In this document: positions 38,784 through 48,248 of the stretch, piece by piece
How positions within the stretch are numbered: the first letter of the stretch is position 1
Layout of the letters: each line of letters opens with the position of its first letter
Assembly: GCA_963828195.1 (NCBI GenBank)
Contig: CAWHDT010000005.1
Location: forward strand, 704,001-768,000
DNA: 64,000 nucleotides
Direction of reading: 5' to 3'
Source of the DNA: Candidatus Bathyarchaeota archaeon
GTDB taxonomy: Archaea; Thermoproteota; Bathyarchaeia; Bathyarchaeales; Bathycorpusculaceae
Program-made: the position numbers and the translations under genes
The notes under the pieces: generated by a model
Seen by the model: the letters and a program-made list of their open reading frames with translations, nothing else
What the model was told of the DNA's origin: nothing
The model's database searches: none

Positions 38784-40256
38784 TTATGACTTCACCAAGC
38801 TTATTAGCATTCCAACTCCAAGAATGTTGATGACTCTTCTCATATTGTAAGCCAGCATCGTGAATCCGACCTCTCCGTTCACCTTCCTCAGGCCTTTGAG
38901 CAACAGGTATGCCTGATTGAACGCCCTTTTCATCGTGCCGAACGGGTGCTCGACAATCTCCTTTCTCCTCTTGAGCTTGCCAGATCCCTCATCGCTCTTG
39001 AGCCTCGCCCTGAGCCTGTCGATGACATCCTGATACTCCGACCTGAAAATTATCCTGCCCTGCTTGCTCCTCGTACATCTGCTCCTGAGAGGACATGCGG
39101 CGCACGCTGCTGTCCTGTATAGCCTGCCGCGGTTCTTCCATCTGCCCTTCCAGAAGCCCATCACCTGATTGGCGGGACAGACGTATACGTCTCTGAGAGG
39201 ATCATACGCAAATCTTTGCGAGTAGAATTCAGGCGCTGGTACTCCCAACTTCTTGTTGGGCATGGTCTCTTCCGGTATGGCGACGTATGCGGTTATCCCA
39301 TTCTCCTCACATTTCTTCAGCTCACTCCCTGTACAGAATCCCTTGTCTGCCGTAACATCCAGCTTCTCCACCTCCAGAATCATCTTCGCTTTCTGAGCCA
39401 TTCCTGCGAGTTGGTACCTGTCGTTGGCGTCATTTGTGATGTCGTAATCGACCACAAGGTGGTTCTTGGAGTCTACTGCAGACTCAACATTGTAACAGAC
39501 ATCCAACTTCTGACTGTCGGTCATCATCAGTCTGCTGTCAGGGTCGGTGAGGGAGACCTCCTTCTGCCCTGTCTCCATCATCAAATTCTGAGACCGGACA
39601 TACTCCTGCTTCTTCTCTTCAAGCTCGGCGAGCTTCTCCCTTAACCTGTCGATCTTCACAGCGGCGGTACTGCTATCATCGTCCTTAACCTCCTGTTCAG
39701 CCTCGTCGTTCTCCTCCAAGTTCTTCAGGTACTGAGCTATCTTATCTTCGACGCGCTTCAACCTCTCTGGTAACGTCTTCTCGTTGAGGTTCCTCTTTGT
39801 GGAGTTCACGGCCTTGAACTTGCTCCCGTCTATGGCGACGAGCTGGGCATCGTAGAGATCTAGTGAGCGGCAGAGGTAGACGAACTCCTTGAACACGGGT
39901 TTGATGCAGCCGACGTTGTCTTTGCGGAAGTCAGCGATGGTTTTATGGTCAGGGGTGAGTTTCTTCATTAGCCACATCACTTCAACGTTTCTGTGGCATT
40001 CTCTTTCGAGTTTTCGGCTTGACCTTATCTGATTCAGGTAGCCGTAGACATACAGCTTGAGCAAGTCTGATGGGTTGTAGGGCGGTCTTCCTTCCTCGTT
40101 TGGGATGGAGTGTTTGAAGCCGAGCTTTTCCAAATTGAGGCTGTCGATGAAAGCGTCTATGAACCTGACTGGATTTTCCCTGTCAACGTAGTCATCAAGT
40201 TTGTCTGGGAAGAGTACGGTTTGGTCTCGGTGTGTTCCGTTTATGTGCTCGCTCAT
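38784..40256 (-). CDS. IS1182-family DDE transposase
   Basis: GRPPY.P..LLKLY.YGY, SSRKLE, PDHKTIADFR, AIDGSK, TDPD, ADKG and VEHPFG. Confidence 0.92.
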   Translation of the reverse strand: MSEHINGTHRDQTVLFPDKLDDYVDRENPVRFIDAFIDSLNLEKLGFKHSIPNEEGRPPYNPSDLLKLYVYGYLNQIRSSRKLERECHRNVEVMWLMKKLTPDHKTIADFRKDNVGCIKPVFKEFVYLCRSLDLYDAQLVAIDGSKFKAVNSTKRNLNEKTLPERLKRVEDKIAQYLKNLEENDEAEQEVKDDDSSTAAVKIDRLREKLAELEEKKQEYVRSQNLMMETGQKEVSLTDPDSRLMMTDSQKLDVCYNVESAVDSKNHLVVDYDITNDANDRYQLAGMAQKAKMILEVEKLDVTADKGFCTGSELKKCEENGITAYVAIPEETMPNKKLGVPAPEFYSQRFAYDPLRDVYVCPANQVMGFWKGRWKNRGRLYRTAACAACPLRSRCTRSKQGRIIFRSEYQDVIDRLRARLKSDEGSGKLKRRKEIVEHPFGTMKRAFNQAYLLLKGLRKVNGEVGFTMLAYNMRRVINILGVGMLISLVKS

Positions 40257-40462
40257 GGTTGTTCGCTTTCCTTGTTGTCAGTTTCCGCGGTTGGTTGCCA
40301 GGGCTCGTTTGTTATGATGAGGTAGGCGGTTTTTCCGAGGTATTCCTTTGGGCAGGTTACTTTGGCGCCAGTTCCGTGAGGAGTGACTTTTCTCTTGACG
40401 AAGCCGACGATTCCTTTCACAGTTAGCTCGTTGGTGGTTTGAAAATTAACTTTCCTTGGCAT
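40253..40462 (-). CDS. DUF2080-like transposon-associated protein
   Basis: KRKVTPHGTGAKVTCPKEYLGKTAYLII. Lies inside the IS ends with an ATGA overlap onto the transposase start. Confidence 0.75.
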   Translation of the reverse strand: MPRKVNFQTTNELTVKGIVGFVKRKVTPHGTGAKVTCPKEYLGKTAYLIITNEPWQPTAETDNKESEQP

Positions 40463-40622
40463 AGTGCTCTATTAGAGCTATTACGTATTTATGTTTATTG
40501 CTCCCTCAAAAATCTATGGAGTTTTCGCACAGTCTGTTATTTAAGCGAATCCCTGAATGAGATCCTGAAAACTAGAAGAAACCTTATCCTCATCGATGAT
40601 TGTATAGACAGGAGGAATCATT

Positions 40623-40970
40623 ATGCTAGGAAATGAAGACAGCCTGGTAGTGTTATGGTCAAGTGGAGATAAAGAAGTCGCTCTTAAAATGGTTTTCATG
40701 TATACTCTAAACTCAAAACTGAGAAACTGGTGGAGTGAGGTTCGTCTGATTATTTGGGGGCCTTCTGCAAGGTTATTAAGTGAAGATAAAGATCTTCAAG
40801 ATGAGCTACAAAAGATGAAGAATGCAGGGGTTATCTTGGAAGCTTGTAAAGCCTGCGCAGACAAATATGGAGTTTCGCAGCATCTTGAACAGTTAGGCAT
40901 AGAAGTTAAGTACATGGGTCAACCATTAACAGACTACATTAAGTCAGGAAAAAAGATAATCACCTTCTAA
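40623..40970 (+). CDS. DsrE family protein
   Basis: LIIWGPS and ACKAC motifs, GGAGG RBS. Confidence 0.85.
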   Translation: MLGNEDSLVVLWSSGDKEVALKMVFMYTLNSKLRNWWSEVRLIIWGPSARLLSEDKDLQDELQKMKNAGVILEACKACADKYGVSQHLEQLGIEVKYMGQPLTDYIKSGKKIITF

Positions 40971-41030
40971 AATCCGTGTGCTGACCATTATTATGGAGAT
41001 CTGTAACTAGATATTTACTAGGGCGATTTT

Positions 41031-41702
41031 ATGAAAATAAGAATTAAGATGTTTTCAGATTATATTTGCCCCTTTTGTTATCTTGGCAAAGCAATTATTG
41101 ATAAACTTAAGAATCGATTTGATATTGAACTTGAACATGTTGGAATTGAAATTCATCCAGAAACTCCCATCAGCGGTGTTGATTTAAGAAAATGGTTTTC
41201 TGAAACGAGTGAGATGTATGAACATTTGAGGAGAAGAGGCAAAGAGTATGGTCTGAACTTTTGTGATATTAAGATACTCCCCAATTCAAGAAAATCTCTG
41301 ATTGTGGGTGAATATTCAAGAAAAATTGGCAAGAATGAAGAATTTACGAATGAAATATTCAAAGCCTATTTTGAAGACTGCCTGAACATTGGAAAAGAAG
41401 AGGTCATCATCGAAGTGGCTAAAAATATTGGTTTGACAAAACAAGATGTTGAAAACGCTTTGGAAGATCTTTTGTACCAAAAGAGATTCGCAAATAACTG
41501 CCTTGACGCCAGAAAACACAATGTTACAGGTGTTCCAACGTTTATCATAAATGATAAATACTCGATAATAGGTGCCCAGCAAGAACAAACGTTTATAGAA
41601 CTATTAGAAAAAATAGAGAAAGAAACTAACAAAATAGCGAATTTTCCTAAGGATTCTTTTAATACATTAAGTGAATCCAATGGCGGGCCCGATGGGATTT
41701 GA
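41031..41702 (+). CDS. DsbA/FrnE-family oxidoreductase
   Basis: SDYICPFCY, GVPTF and GAQ. The 3' end runs into the antisense tRNA-Arg. Confidence 0.85.
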   Translation: MKIRIKMFSDYICPFCYLGKAIIDKLKNRFDIELEHVGIEIHPETPISGVDLRKWFSETSEMYEHLRRRGKEYGLNFCDIKILPNSRKSLIVGEYSRKIGKNEEFTNEIFKAYFEDCLNIGKEEVIIEVAKNIGLTKQDVENALEDLLYQKRFANNCLDARKHNVTGVPTFIINDKYSIIGAQQEQTFIELLEKIEKETNKIANFPKDSFNTLSESNGGPDGI

Positions 41703-41758
41703 ACCCATGACTTTCAGCTTAGAAGGCTGACGCGCTATCCGTACTGCGCCACGGGCCC
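41681..41758 (-). tRNA. tRNA-Arg(TCT)
   Basis: GGGCCCG acceptor stem, anticodon arm TCAGC-CTTCTAA-GCTGA, GTTCAAATC T-loop, encoded CCA. Confidence 0.95.
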
Positions 41759-41961
41759 GCTTGCGGGCACTCTAATGAAAACACTTACAAATATAATTTT
41801 ATCCCTAAGTATCCGTATTTATTAGACAGTGCTCTTAAACAAAGCCGCAGAGTTTCTGATGTTTTACGTAAGCAATTGGCAAAACGCTTTTCAAAAGAGG
41901 GTTCTTAAGATAACGCTGCCGCGGAAGTAGAAAGCAAAAAAAAGAAGTTTTCGGGGGGACG

Positions 41962-43590
41962 CTAATTGTTAGAGGTGGCAGCAATGTAGTCAGCCACGAA
42001 AATTGTGAGGTCTGCGAAGTTGATTTTGCCATCATGATTCAAGTCGCAGGCTGGGTTATACGTGCCATTCAGGTTGTATTGAACGTAGGCGGCTACAAAG
42101 TAGGTGACGTCCATGAAATTGACTGTGCCCGTATGGTAGAAGTCTATTGGGCTCGCGTTTGGGGTTGATGTTGGAACCGGAGTTGGTGAAGGCGTTGAGG
42201 ATGACGTGACGGTGGGAACGGACGTTGATATTGGAGTCGCCGTTGGTGCAGGAGTTGGGGTGGCAGGTGGCGCTACGTATGCATTGATGTAGTCTTGTCC
42301 CATAGTGTTCGGCGTGTAGCCGCTTGACAACAGCTCTTCGCCGTCGTAAGTTCCGCCTAAGCCGCTGCTGCTAAGCCAATAATAAGCCCCATCGCCGATT
42401 CCACAAGCATATTGAGCTGCGAGTAAATTACTCCACCAAGTCGCGTCATTTGCAGTGTTGCTGGACGAAGATAGGCATGAGCCTTCCTCATTAATTACCA
42501 AGGGCGCGCTGACGTCCATGCCGCTTTGTAGGCTTTGCAGTTGGGTTTCAAGCTGAGCAGTAGTCATCGGAACTCCGCCTGAACTCGAATCCTTCCCGTT
42601 CTGGTTCCAGTACGAAGTAAGATCTGAAGGCGCGTAATAGTAGAGGTGCGTTGTAAAAGCCAAATTCGTCGGGCTTCCGATCGCTGAAGATATCGCAGAT
42701 GCCCACCCAAGCGTCTGACCGACGTTTGGTTCCCAACCGCAGTTCCACTGCATAAAAATCAAGTTCGTTGAGCCTGTGCTTCTGACCGCATTGTACATTG
42801 TGGTTAGGTATGTCATGTAGCCTGAGGTTACTGTGTTGGTTGATGAACCCATAGGCTCATTCCAAGCCTCAAAGATCACGTTCGGATAAGCTTTAAGCGC
42901 GTTAGCCATCGAAGCCCAGTACGCAGTCCAAAAAGCCTGCTCATTAGCGTAGCCATTTGTGCTCTCCTCATAGCTCAGAAACGCTTGTCCTGCACTGTCC
43001 CAGTTGCCGCACATTGGTAGTCCTTGCGATCCGGCTTGGTTAGGTGTCAGGTATGGGTCTGAGCTGAACGAGCCTGAGCAGGCTGTAAGTTGGTATGGTA
43101 CAATGTTGACGTAGATGCCTGCTGCTTCAGCTTCACTGGCCAAAGTCTCAACGTAGCTCTGCACGTTTTCACCGTTCGCAGTACCATCAGCGCCATTTAG
43201 CATCCACCACTCGGGGTAAATGAAGACGCGTATCATGTTAACAGCCCAGACGCTCGATAGCTCTGTAAGCGTTTGGGTTACCGCTGTTGACGAGGCTGAC
43301 CCCCACTGGTCGCCCCAACTGTCGCCGCCTCCTGACCCCCACAGAATCAGATCCGGCGACATTCCGGCTACGCCCATGCCGCGCAGATAAACTGGGTTGT
43401 TGTTTGAGTCAAGTATCTGACCGCCTGAAGTATGCAACGGCAATGTTGCTGTTGCAGCGTAAACGTCGGATGAGCTAAAAACTGCGAACATGCTTATGGC
43501 AAAGATTGCAATGCAGCATAGTCCCACTGGCTTTGCAAGCTTCCTCAAACTAAGAGCGTGAGCTATACTCACTAAATTTTGTCCTTTCAT
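41962..43590 (-). CDS. secreted GH5-family glycoside hydrolase with PT linker and C-terminal dockerin-like domain
   Basis: LHTSGGQILD.NNNPVYLRG, NMIRV, WNEP (acid/base), HLYY and INEEG (nucleophile). Paired EF-like repeats DFYHTGTVNFMD / DLNHDGKINFAD. Confidence 0.8.
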   Translation of the reverse strand: MKGQNLVSIAHALSLRKLAKPVGLCCIAIFAISMFAVFSSSDVYAATATLPLHTSGGQILDSNNNPVYLRGMGVAGMSPDLILWGSGGGDSWGDQWGSASSTAVTQTLTELSSVWAVNMIRVFIYPEWWMLNGADGTANGENVQSYVETLASEAEAAGIYVNIVPYQLTACSGSFSSDPYLTPNQAGSQGLPMCGNWDSAGQAFLSYEESTNGYANEQAFWTAYWASMANALKAYPNVIFEAWNEPMGSSTNTVTSGYMTYLTTMYNAVRSTGSTNLIFMQWNCGWEPNVGQTLGWASAISSAIGSPTNLAFTTHLYYYAPSDLTSYWNQNGKDSSSGGVPMTTAQLETQLQSLQSGMDVSAPLVINEEGSCLSSSSNTANDATWWSNLLAAQYACGIGDGAYYWLSSSGLGGTYDGEELLSSGYTPNTMGQDYINAYVAPPATPTPAPTATPISTSVPTVTSSSTPSPTPVPTSTPNASPIDFYHTGTVNFMDVTYFVAAYVQYNLNGTYNPACDLNHDGKINFADLTIFVADYIAATSNN

Positions 43591-43770
43591 TTCCTCTCTC
43601 TTCCCGAATTTTTCTGATTTGGGTTTAAGTTAACCTACTTCGCTTGAACCCGAGCCAAATTTACAATCCATTAGATAAAAGCTTACCCTATAGACACCCT
43701 ATAGATTATTTATCAAGCAACCGCTGAACAATAAACTAATGACTATTTACGTTTCGATAGGAAATTGCTA

Positions 43771-44772
43771 TTAGTCCCCTAAGTTGCCGACTCTTAGTTT
43801 GTCCACTTCAGCCTGCTCTGGAACTGCCACGACTAAGAATTTGTTTAAGGTTTCTCTGCCATAGTTCACTTTAACTTCGCCTGTTTTAGCATCGGAATAA
43901 CGGGCGGTTAATTTGGCAGCTGCTTCAATAGCTTTTTTGGTTTTTGGTCCCTGAAGAATCGTTATTGGACCGACAATTTCGGGCAACTCAAAGTATAGTT
44001 CATTTTTCGTTTTTCTGGCTACTAAAAGCTTGTTTTCAGCTTCGTTTCTTCCCACAACGATTTTGTTTTTACCCAACCGGAAGTGCCTCCCAACTCTGAG
44101 CAAAGCGATATCCGCCATGGAAATGCGTTTCTTGTGGGCGAAGAGGTCGCGGATTTTCTTTGCGTATTCCTCGTATGTTAGGAGACAGCCGCCTGCGGGA
44201 CAAGGATAATCCTTAATGTTGAATTCCTCTGCAAGCTTGAACTGCGGCTTTCGTGACCGTCCCTGAATATCCAGCAGTTTAGATCTGTCAACTAAACCCT
44301 TCTTTTCAGCTTCCGTTTCCGGCAGTAGTCTGGCAGAAAGCGGCCTTAGAACCTTGCCTTTCAAACCGCCTTCTTTTTCAATCAGCATCATGGCAGGATA
44401 ATGCTGAGACATAGGGCGCTCATCTAAAACTTCGCCAGTAAAAATGAAGGCTGCACCCATCTCTTTCGCGTATTTCTTGGCTTTTTTCATGAGGAAAATT
44501 CTGCAGTCGATGCAGGGGTTCATGTTTCTTCCGTAGCCGTGCTTGGGGTTGCGGAGCATCCGCAGGTAATCGTTTCCAGCGGCAACCATTTTCAGCGGCA
44601 CATTCAACTGTTTAGCTGCATCCACAGCTGCGCAACCGTCTTTTTTGCAGAGGCAAAAGGGGCTTCTGACATTGAAGGCGGTTACTTCGATGCCTTGCTT
44701 TACAATCATTTCTGTAGCAAGAATGCTGTCTAATCCGCCTGAAAGCAAACCTAAAGCTTTAACACGAGTCAT
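43771..44772 (-). CDS. ThiI/MnmA-like PP-loop tRNA thiolation protein
   Basis: LLSGGLDS, NPCIDCR, TGEVL.ERPMSQ, PAGGCLLT and GRHFR. Confidence 0.8.
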   Translation of the reverse strand: MTRVKALGLLSGGLDSILATEMIVKQGIEVTAFNVRSPFCLCKKDGCAAVDAAKQLNVPLKMVAAGNDYLRMLRNPKHGYGRNMNPCIDCRIFLMKKAKKYAKEMGAAFIFTGEVLDERPMSQHYPAMMLIEKEGGLKGKVLRPLSARLLPETEAEKKGLVDRSKLLDIQGRSRKPQFKLAEEFNIKDYPCPAGGCLLTYEEYAKKIRDLFAHKKRISMADIALLRVGRHFRLGKNKIVVGRNEAENKLLVARKTKNELYFELPEIVGPITILQGPKTKKAIEAAAKLTARYSDAKTGEVKVNYGRETLNKFLVVAVPEQAEVDKLRVGNLGD

Positions 44773-44996
44773 GTAGCCAATAGCATTCTTCAACCTGAAT
44801 AATAATCTAACGATAAAGGCAAGAAGAAAAAACCCGCCGAAACAAGAATTATCTTACTAACCTCATTTGGGGATGTATACAAGTTGTTAAGTGAACTTGA
44901 CTTGTTTGCGAAGCCCAGCATGTACGTTAAACCCAATCAAAGTTGACTTTTAAGCGAATCCCAATTGTCAAGAAGCTATAAAATCTCAGGGCTTTA

Positions 44997-46376
44997 ATGA
45001 AGATGGCAAGGAAGCGCTTGGAGGAGAAACAATTGGTTGTTGAAAAAACCCGAAACATAATCAGCTTCCAAGAATACGGCAAACAACAGGAAGCTAATGT
45101 AACAGTTCGGGAGTGGAAAAATTATAAATGGCAACTAAAAAACTCGGTAAAAACTGTTGCCGCTTTCGAAAAGGCTACAGGCATCGCATTTACAGAAAAA
45201 GAACATGAAGAACTCGAAAAAACAATCCTCAAATTCCCCCTAAGCATAACACCCTATTATGCGTCGTTAATTAAGAAAGAAAATTACGTCAATGACCCCA
45301 TATTTAAGCAGTCGTTTCCTAACCCAGCTGAACTAAAAATTTCAAAATACGACATGAAAGACCCACTACATGAAGACAAGGACAGCCCCACTAAAGGAAT
45401 TACTCACCGATACCCCGACAGAGTCCTTTTTCTAGTCAGCAACCAATGCGCAATGTACTGTAGACACTGCACAAGAAAAAGAAAAGTCGGCGATCCAGAA
45501 CATATTCCGTCAAAGCAACAGATAATCCGGGGAATCCGCTACATAGAAAACCACCGCGAAATACGTGATGTGCTGCTTTCGGGAGGAGACCCCTTTATGC
45601 TGCCTGACGATTTTCTGGATTGGATTCTAACGGAGCTAAACAGCATTCCACATATTGAGGTGGTACGAATTGGCTCAAGAATTCCAGTTGTTCTCCCCTA
45701 CAGAATAACGGATGAGCTGGTGCAGATGTTAAAGAAACATCATCCATTGTGGTTAAATACCCAGTTTAACCACCCAAGAGAATTCACATTATCTTCCAGA
45801 GAAGCCCTCAGAAAACTAGCAGATGCAGGAATCCCCCTGGGGAATCAAACTGTACTGTTAGCAGGCGTCAACGACTGCCCAAAAATAATGAAAAAACTCA
45901 ATCAAGAACTTGTACAAAACAGAGTAAGGCCATATTATCTGTTTCAATGTGACCTCTCAGAAGGGCTCACGCATTTTCGAACACCTATCGGAAAAGGCAT
46001 CGAAATCATGGAAAGCCTCGTAGGCCACACAAGCGGGTTTGCCGTCCCCAAATACGTTATAGATGCGCCTGGGGGAGGAGGAAAAATTCCTGTTATGCCA
46101 AACTACATTGTCTCATGGTCCACAAATAAAGTGGTCTTAAGAAACTACGAAGGCGTCATAACCACCTACAAAGAACCCGACGACTACAAATCCATTCAGT
46201 GCCAAAGAAACTGCGGCAAATGCGGTTTACCTCCAAAACTAACTGAAGACGAGCAGAACGCCGTGGGCGTGGAAAAACTGTTAGCGGACACCGATGAAAT
46301 ATCGCTTGTGCCAAACGGAAACCTGCGGATGAAACGAAGAGAAAAAGCAAGCGTAGGAGGTGTTTTGAATACTTAA
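44997..46376 (+). CDS. ablA: lysine 2,3-aminomutase
   Basis: [32 protein letters not shown] (PLP Lys) and C-terminal CQRNCGKC. Confidence 0.9.
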   Translation: MKMARKRLEEKQLVVEKTRNIISFQEYGKQQEANVTVREWKNYKWQLKNSVKTVAAFEKATGIAFTEKEHEELEKTILKFPLSITPYYASLIKKENYVNDPIFKQSFPNPAELKISKYDMKDPLHEDKDSPTKGITHRYPDRVLFLVSNQCAMYCRHCTRKRKVGDPEHIPSKQQIIRGIRYIENHREIRDVLLSGGDPFMLPDDFLDWILTELNSIPHIEVVRIGSRIPVVLPYRITDELVQMLKKHHPLWLNTQFNHPREFTLSSREALRKLADAGIPLGNQTVLLAGVNDCPKIMKKLNQELVQNRVRPYYLFQCDLSEGLTHFRTPIGKGIEIMESLVGHTSGFAVPKYVIDAPGGGGKIPVMPNYIVSWSTNKVVLRNYEGVITTYKEPDDYKSIQCQRNCGKCGLPPKLTEDEQNAVGVEKLLADTDEISLVPNGNLRMKRREKASVGGVLNT

Positions 46377-46389
46377 AATTAAAAATTAC

Positions 46390-46899
46390 TTGAAATTCAA
46401 AATCAGAAGCGTACTGCTCAAAGACGTAAAAGAAGTGTATAAACTGCTTTTGGCAAACAGACCATACGTCGGGTTAAATTCCAGGTACACCTACTTTCTT
46501 TTAGCAAAAGATTTTTCCGATACCTGTGTCGTTGCAGAACAAAATAACAAAATAATCGCGTTTTCCTCAGGGTACCTTCCTCCCGACAGACCAGAAACTT
46601 TCTTCAACTGGGAAATCGCCGTTGACAAAGAATATCGGGGATACAGCTTACAGAAACAAATGCTTCTTCATCAAATCCGAATAACAGACGCAAAATATTT
46701 TGAGTGCACAGTGAACCCGTCAAATGAAGCGTCAAGAAGAAACTGCTGTCAACTAGCTCAAATGCTAAACACCAAATGCGAAGAATACCTGCTTTTCAGC
46801 GAAGCAGATTTCGAAAATGATGGCCACGAACCAGAAATTCTCTACCGAATCGGACCAATTGCCAAAAGTGAAGTAAAAAATTTAGCTACCATACAATAG
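46390..46899 (+). CDS. EctA-like GNAT acetyltransferase
   Basis: LNSRYTYFLLAKDFSDTCVVAE, GYLPPDRPETFFNWEIAV, ECTVNPSNEAS and HEPEILYRIGP all follow the EctA pattern. Confidence 0.75.
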   Translation: MKFKIRSVLLKDVKEVYKLLLANRPYVGLNSRYTYFLLAKDFSDTCVVAEQNNKIIAFSSGYLPPDRPETFFNWEIAVDKEYRGYSLQKQMLLHQIRITDAKYFECTVNPSNEASRRNCCQLAQMLNTKCEEYLLFSEADFENDGHEPEILYRIGPIAKSEVKNLATIQ

Positions 46900-46911
46900 A
46901 CAACAATGTTG

Positions 46912-46960
46912 AAGCAACCTCACCTTTTTTTAATCAAAAAAAGAAAAGTGAAGGTTGCTT
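46912..46960 (+). terminator. stem-loop with T/A tracts after ablA-ectA-like pair
   Basis: AAGCAACCT-CAC...GTG-A-AGGTTGCTT inverted repeat with an internal T7/A7 pair. Confidence 0.5.
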
Positions 46961-47078
46961 AGATTTGCAAAGGCGGAAATCTATTTTTTTCAACATTCAG
47001 AGCTTGCCTAATCCCCTTTTTAGCAGAATAATTTAAAAACTCATATGAAAATAAAATATTGTACTTATTCGTAGAGGA

Positions 47079-48248
47079 TTGGACGTGGACATCAGCATCT
47101 TTATCCCCGTTTACAAAGAATCGAATCAGCTAGCATCCATGCTGAATAAGCTAAATTCTCAAAACGTAACGAAAGAAATTTTTGTAACAGTTGATGAGCC
47201 AACCCAAGATTTTTCAGAAAAAATAAAACAGTTAGAAAACAAAGACATCACATTCATCATTAACAAAGAACGCCTCGGGAAGGCAAACGCGCTAAATAGC
47301 ACCGTGAAGTTGTCATCTGCAAAAGTGCTGCTTTTCCTTGATTCCGACGTTGAAGTAAGTGGCGATAACGATTTTTTGAGAAAAATCGTCATGGAAACTA
47401 AAACGGCTGATGTTGTTGACATAAAAAAGAGGGTTGTAAAAGGAAAATCACTTCTATCCAAGATGGCTTATTACGAGTACTTCACCTTCAACGTTAGCGC
47501 TTGGTTATCGTCAAGGTACATGCATAAGTGTCCCGCCGTGAACGGCGCAGCATTCGCGATTAAACGGGAAACATTCGAGAAAGTCGGCGGCTTCCACAAA
47601 GTCGTTGCCGAAGACATTGACATTGCCACAAGAGCGTTCATGGAAGACAGCAGTTTCTCATACAGCACCGATGTTGAAGTAAAAAACGTTGTTTACTCCG
47701 AATGGAGAAAATGGTTTAAGCAGCGTCGAAGATGGGCGATAGGTCAAGCTTTGTGGCTGCAACTTTGGTACCGTGACTTAACGAAAAAGTTCATTAAAAA
47801 ACCGCAAGTTTTTCTGCCAAGCTTATTCTTCTTCTACCCATCCGTCGCGATTTTCTTTCTAAGCTTTCTGGTGCCAAACTTCTGGATGTATAATTCACTG
47901 CTGGTTTTCTCCCTGTTTTTGTCGGTGAAATTCAACATTTTACTACCTGTTTTTCTTGTTTCGCTTGCAACTGCGAACGTGATTAAAATACTGGTTATTT
48001 CGCTTTCCAGTTTCGGGTTAACTGCCGCTGTTTTCTATGGTTTCTCGAGAAAACTCGGTTTCAGGGAAATGAAGCTTCACGAATTATTCGTTTACTACTT
48101 TTTTTACTCAAACATATGGATAGCGCTGATAATTATCGGGTCGATCCAAGTGTTTGTTTTCAAGAAAAAAGTTGCGCCAGGCTGGAGAACTGAGCCGCCG
48201 AAAAGCAGCGCGCAACAAATCAGTCCTTCTTCATTGCCCGTGCCTTGA
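47079..48248 (+). CDS. GT2 glycosyltransferase with C-terminal TM helices
   Basis: GKANALN, DSD, ED and QRRRW motifs of processive-type GT2 enzymes. Confidence 0.85.
   Translation: MDVDISIFIPVYKESNQLASMLNKLNSQNVTKEIFVTVDEPTQDFSEKIKQLENKDITFIINKERLGKANALNSTVKLSSAKVLLFLDSDVEVSGDNDFLRKIVMETKTADVVDIKKRVVKGKSLLSKMAYYEYFTFNVSAWLSSRYMHKCPAVNGAAFAIKRETFEKVGGFHKVVAEDIDIATRAFMEDSSFSYSTDVEVKNVVYSEWRKWFKQRRRWAIGQALWLQLWYRDLTKKFIKKPQVFLPSLFFFYPSVAIFFLSFLVPNFWMYNSLLVFSLFLSVKFNILLPVFLVSLATANVIKILVISLSSFGLTAAVFYGFSRKLGFREMKLHELFVYYFFYSNIWIALIIIGSIQVFVFKKKVAPGWRTEPPKSSAQQISPSSLPVP

Larger units (their letters stand above)
38695..40536 (-). mobile_element. IS1182-family insertion sequence (1842 bp)
   Basis: Terminal IRs CAGACTGCGTCAAAACTC (38695-38712) and GAGTTTTCGCACAGTCTG (40519-40536), 15/18 match. 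TTAT target duplication at 38691-38694 and 40537-40540. Confidence 0.9.

Noticed and set aside
38678-40553. Reconstituted hairpin considered as a Xer/dif site
   Set aside because: The spacer between TAA and TTA is 4 bp rather than the canonical 6, and no recombinase is nearby. Kept only as an IS target.
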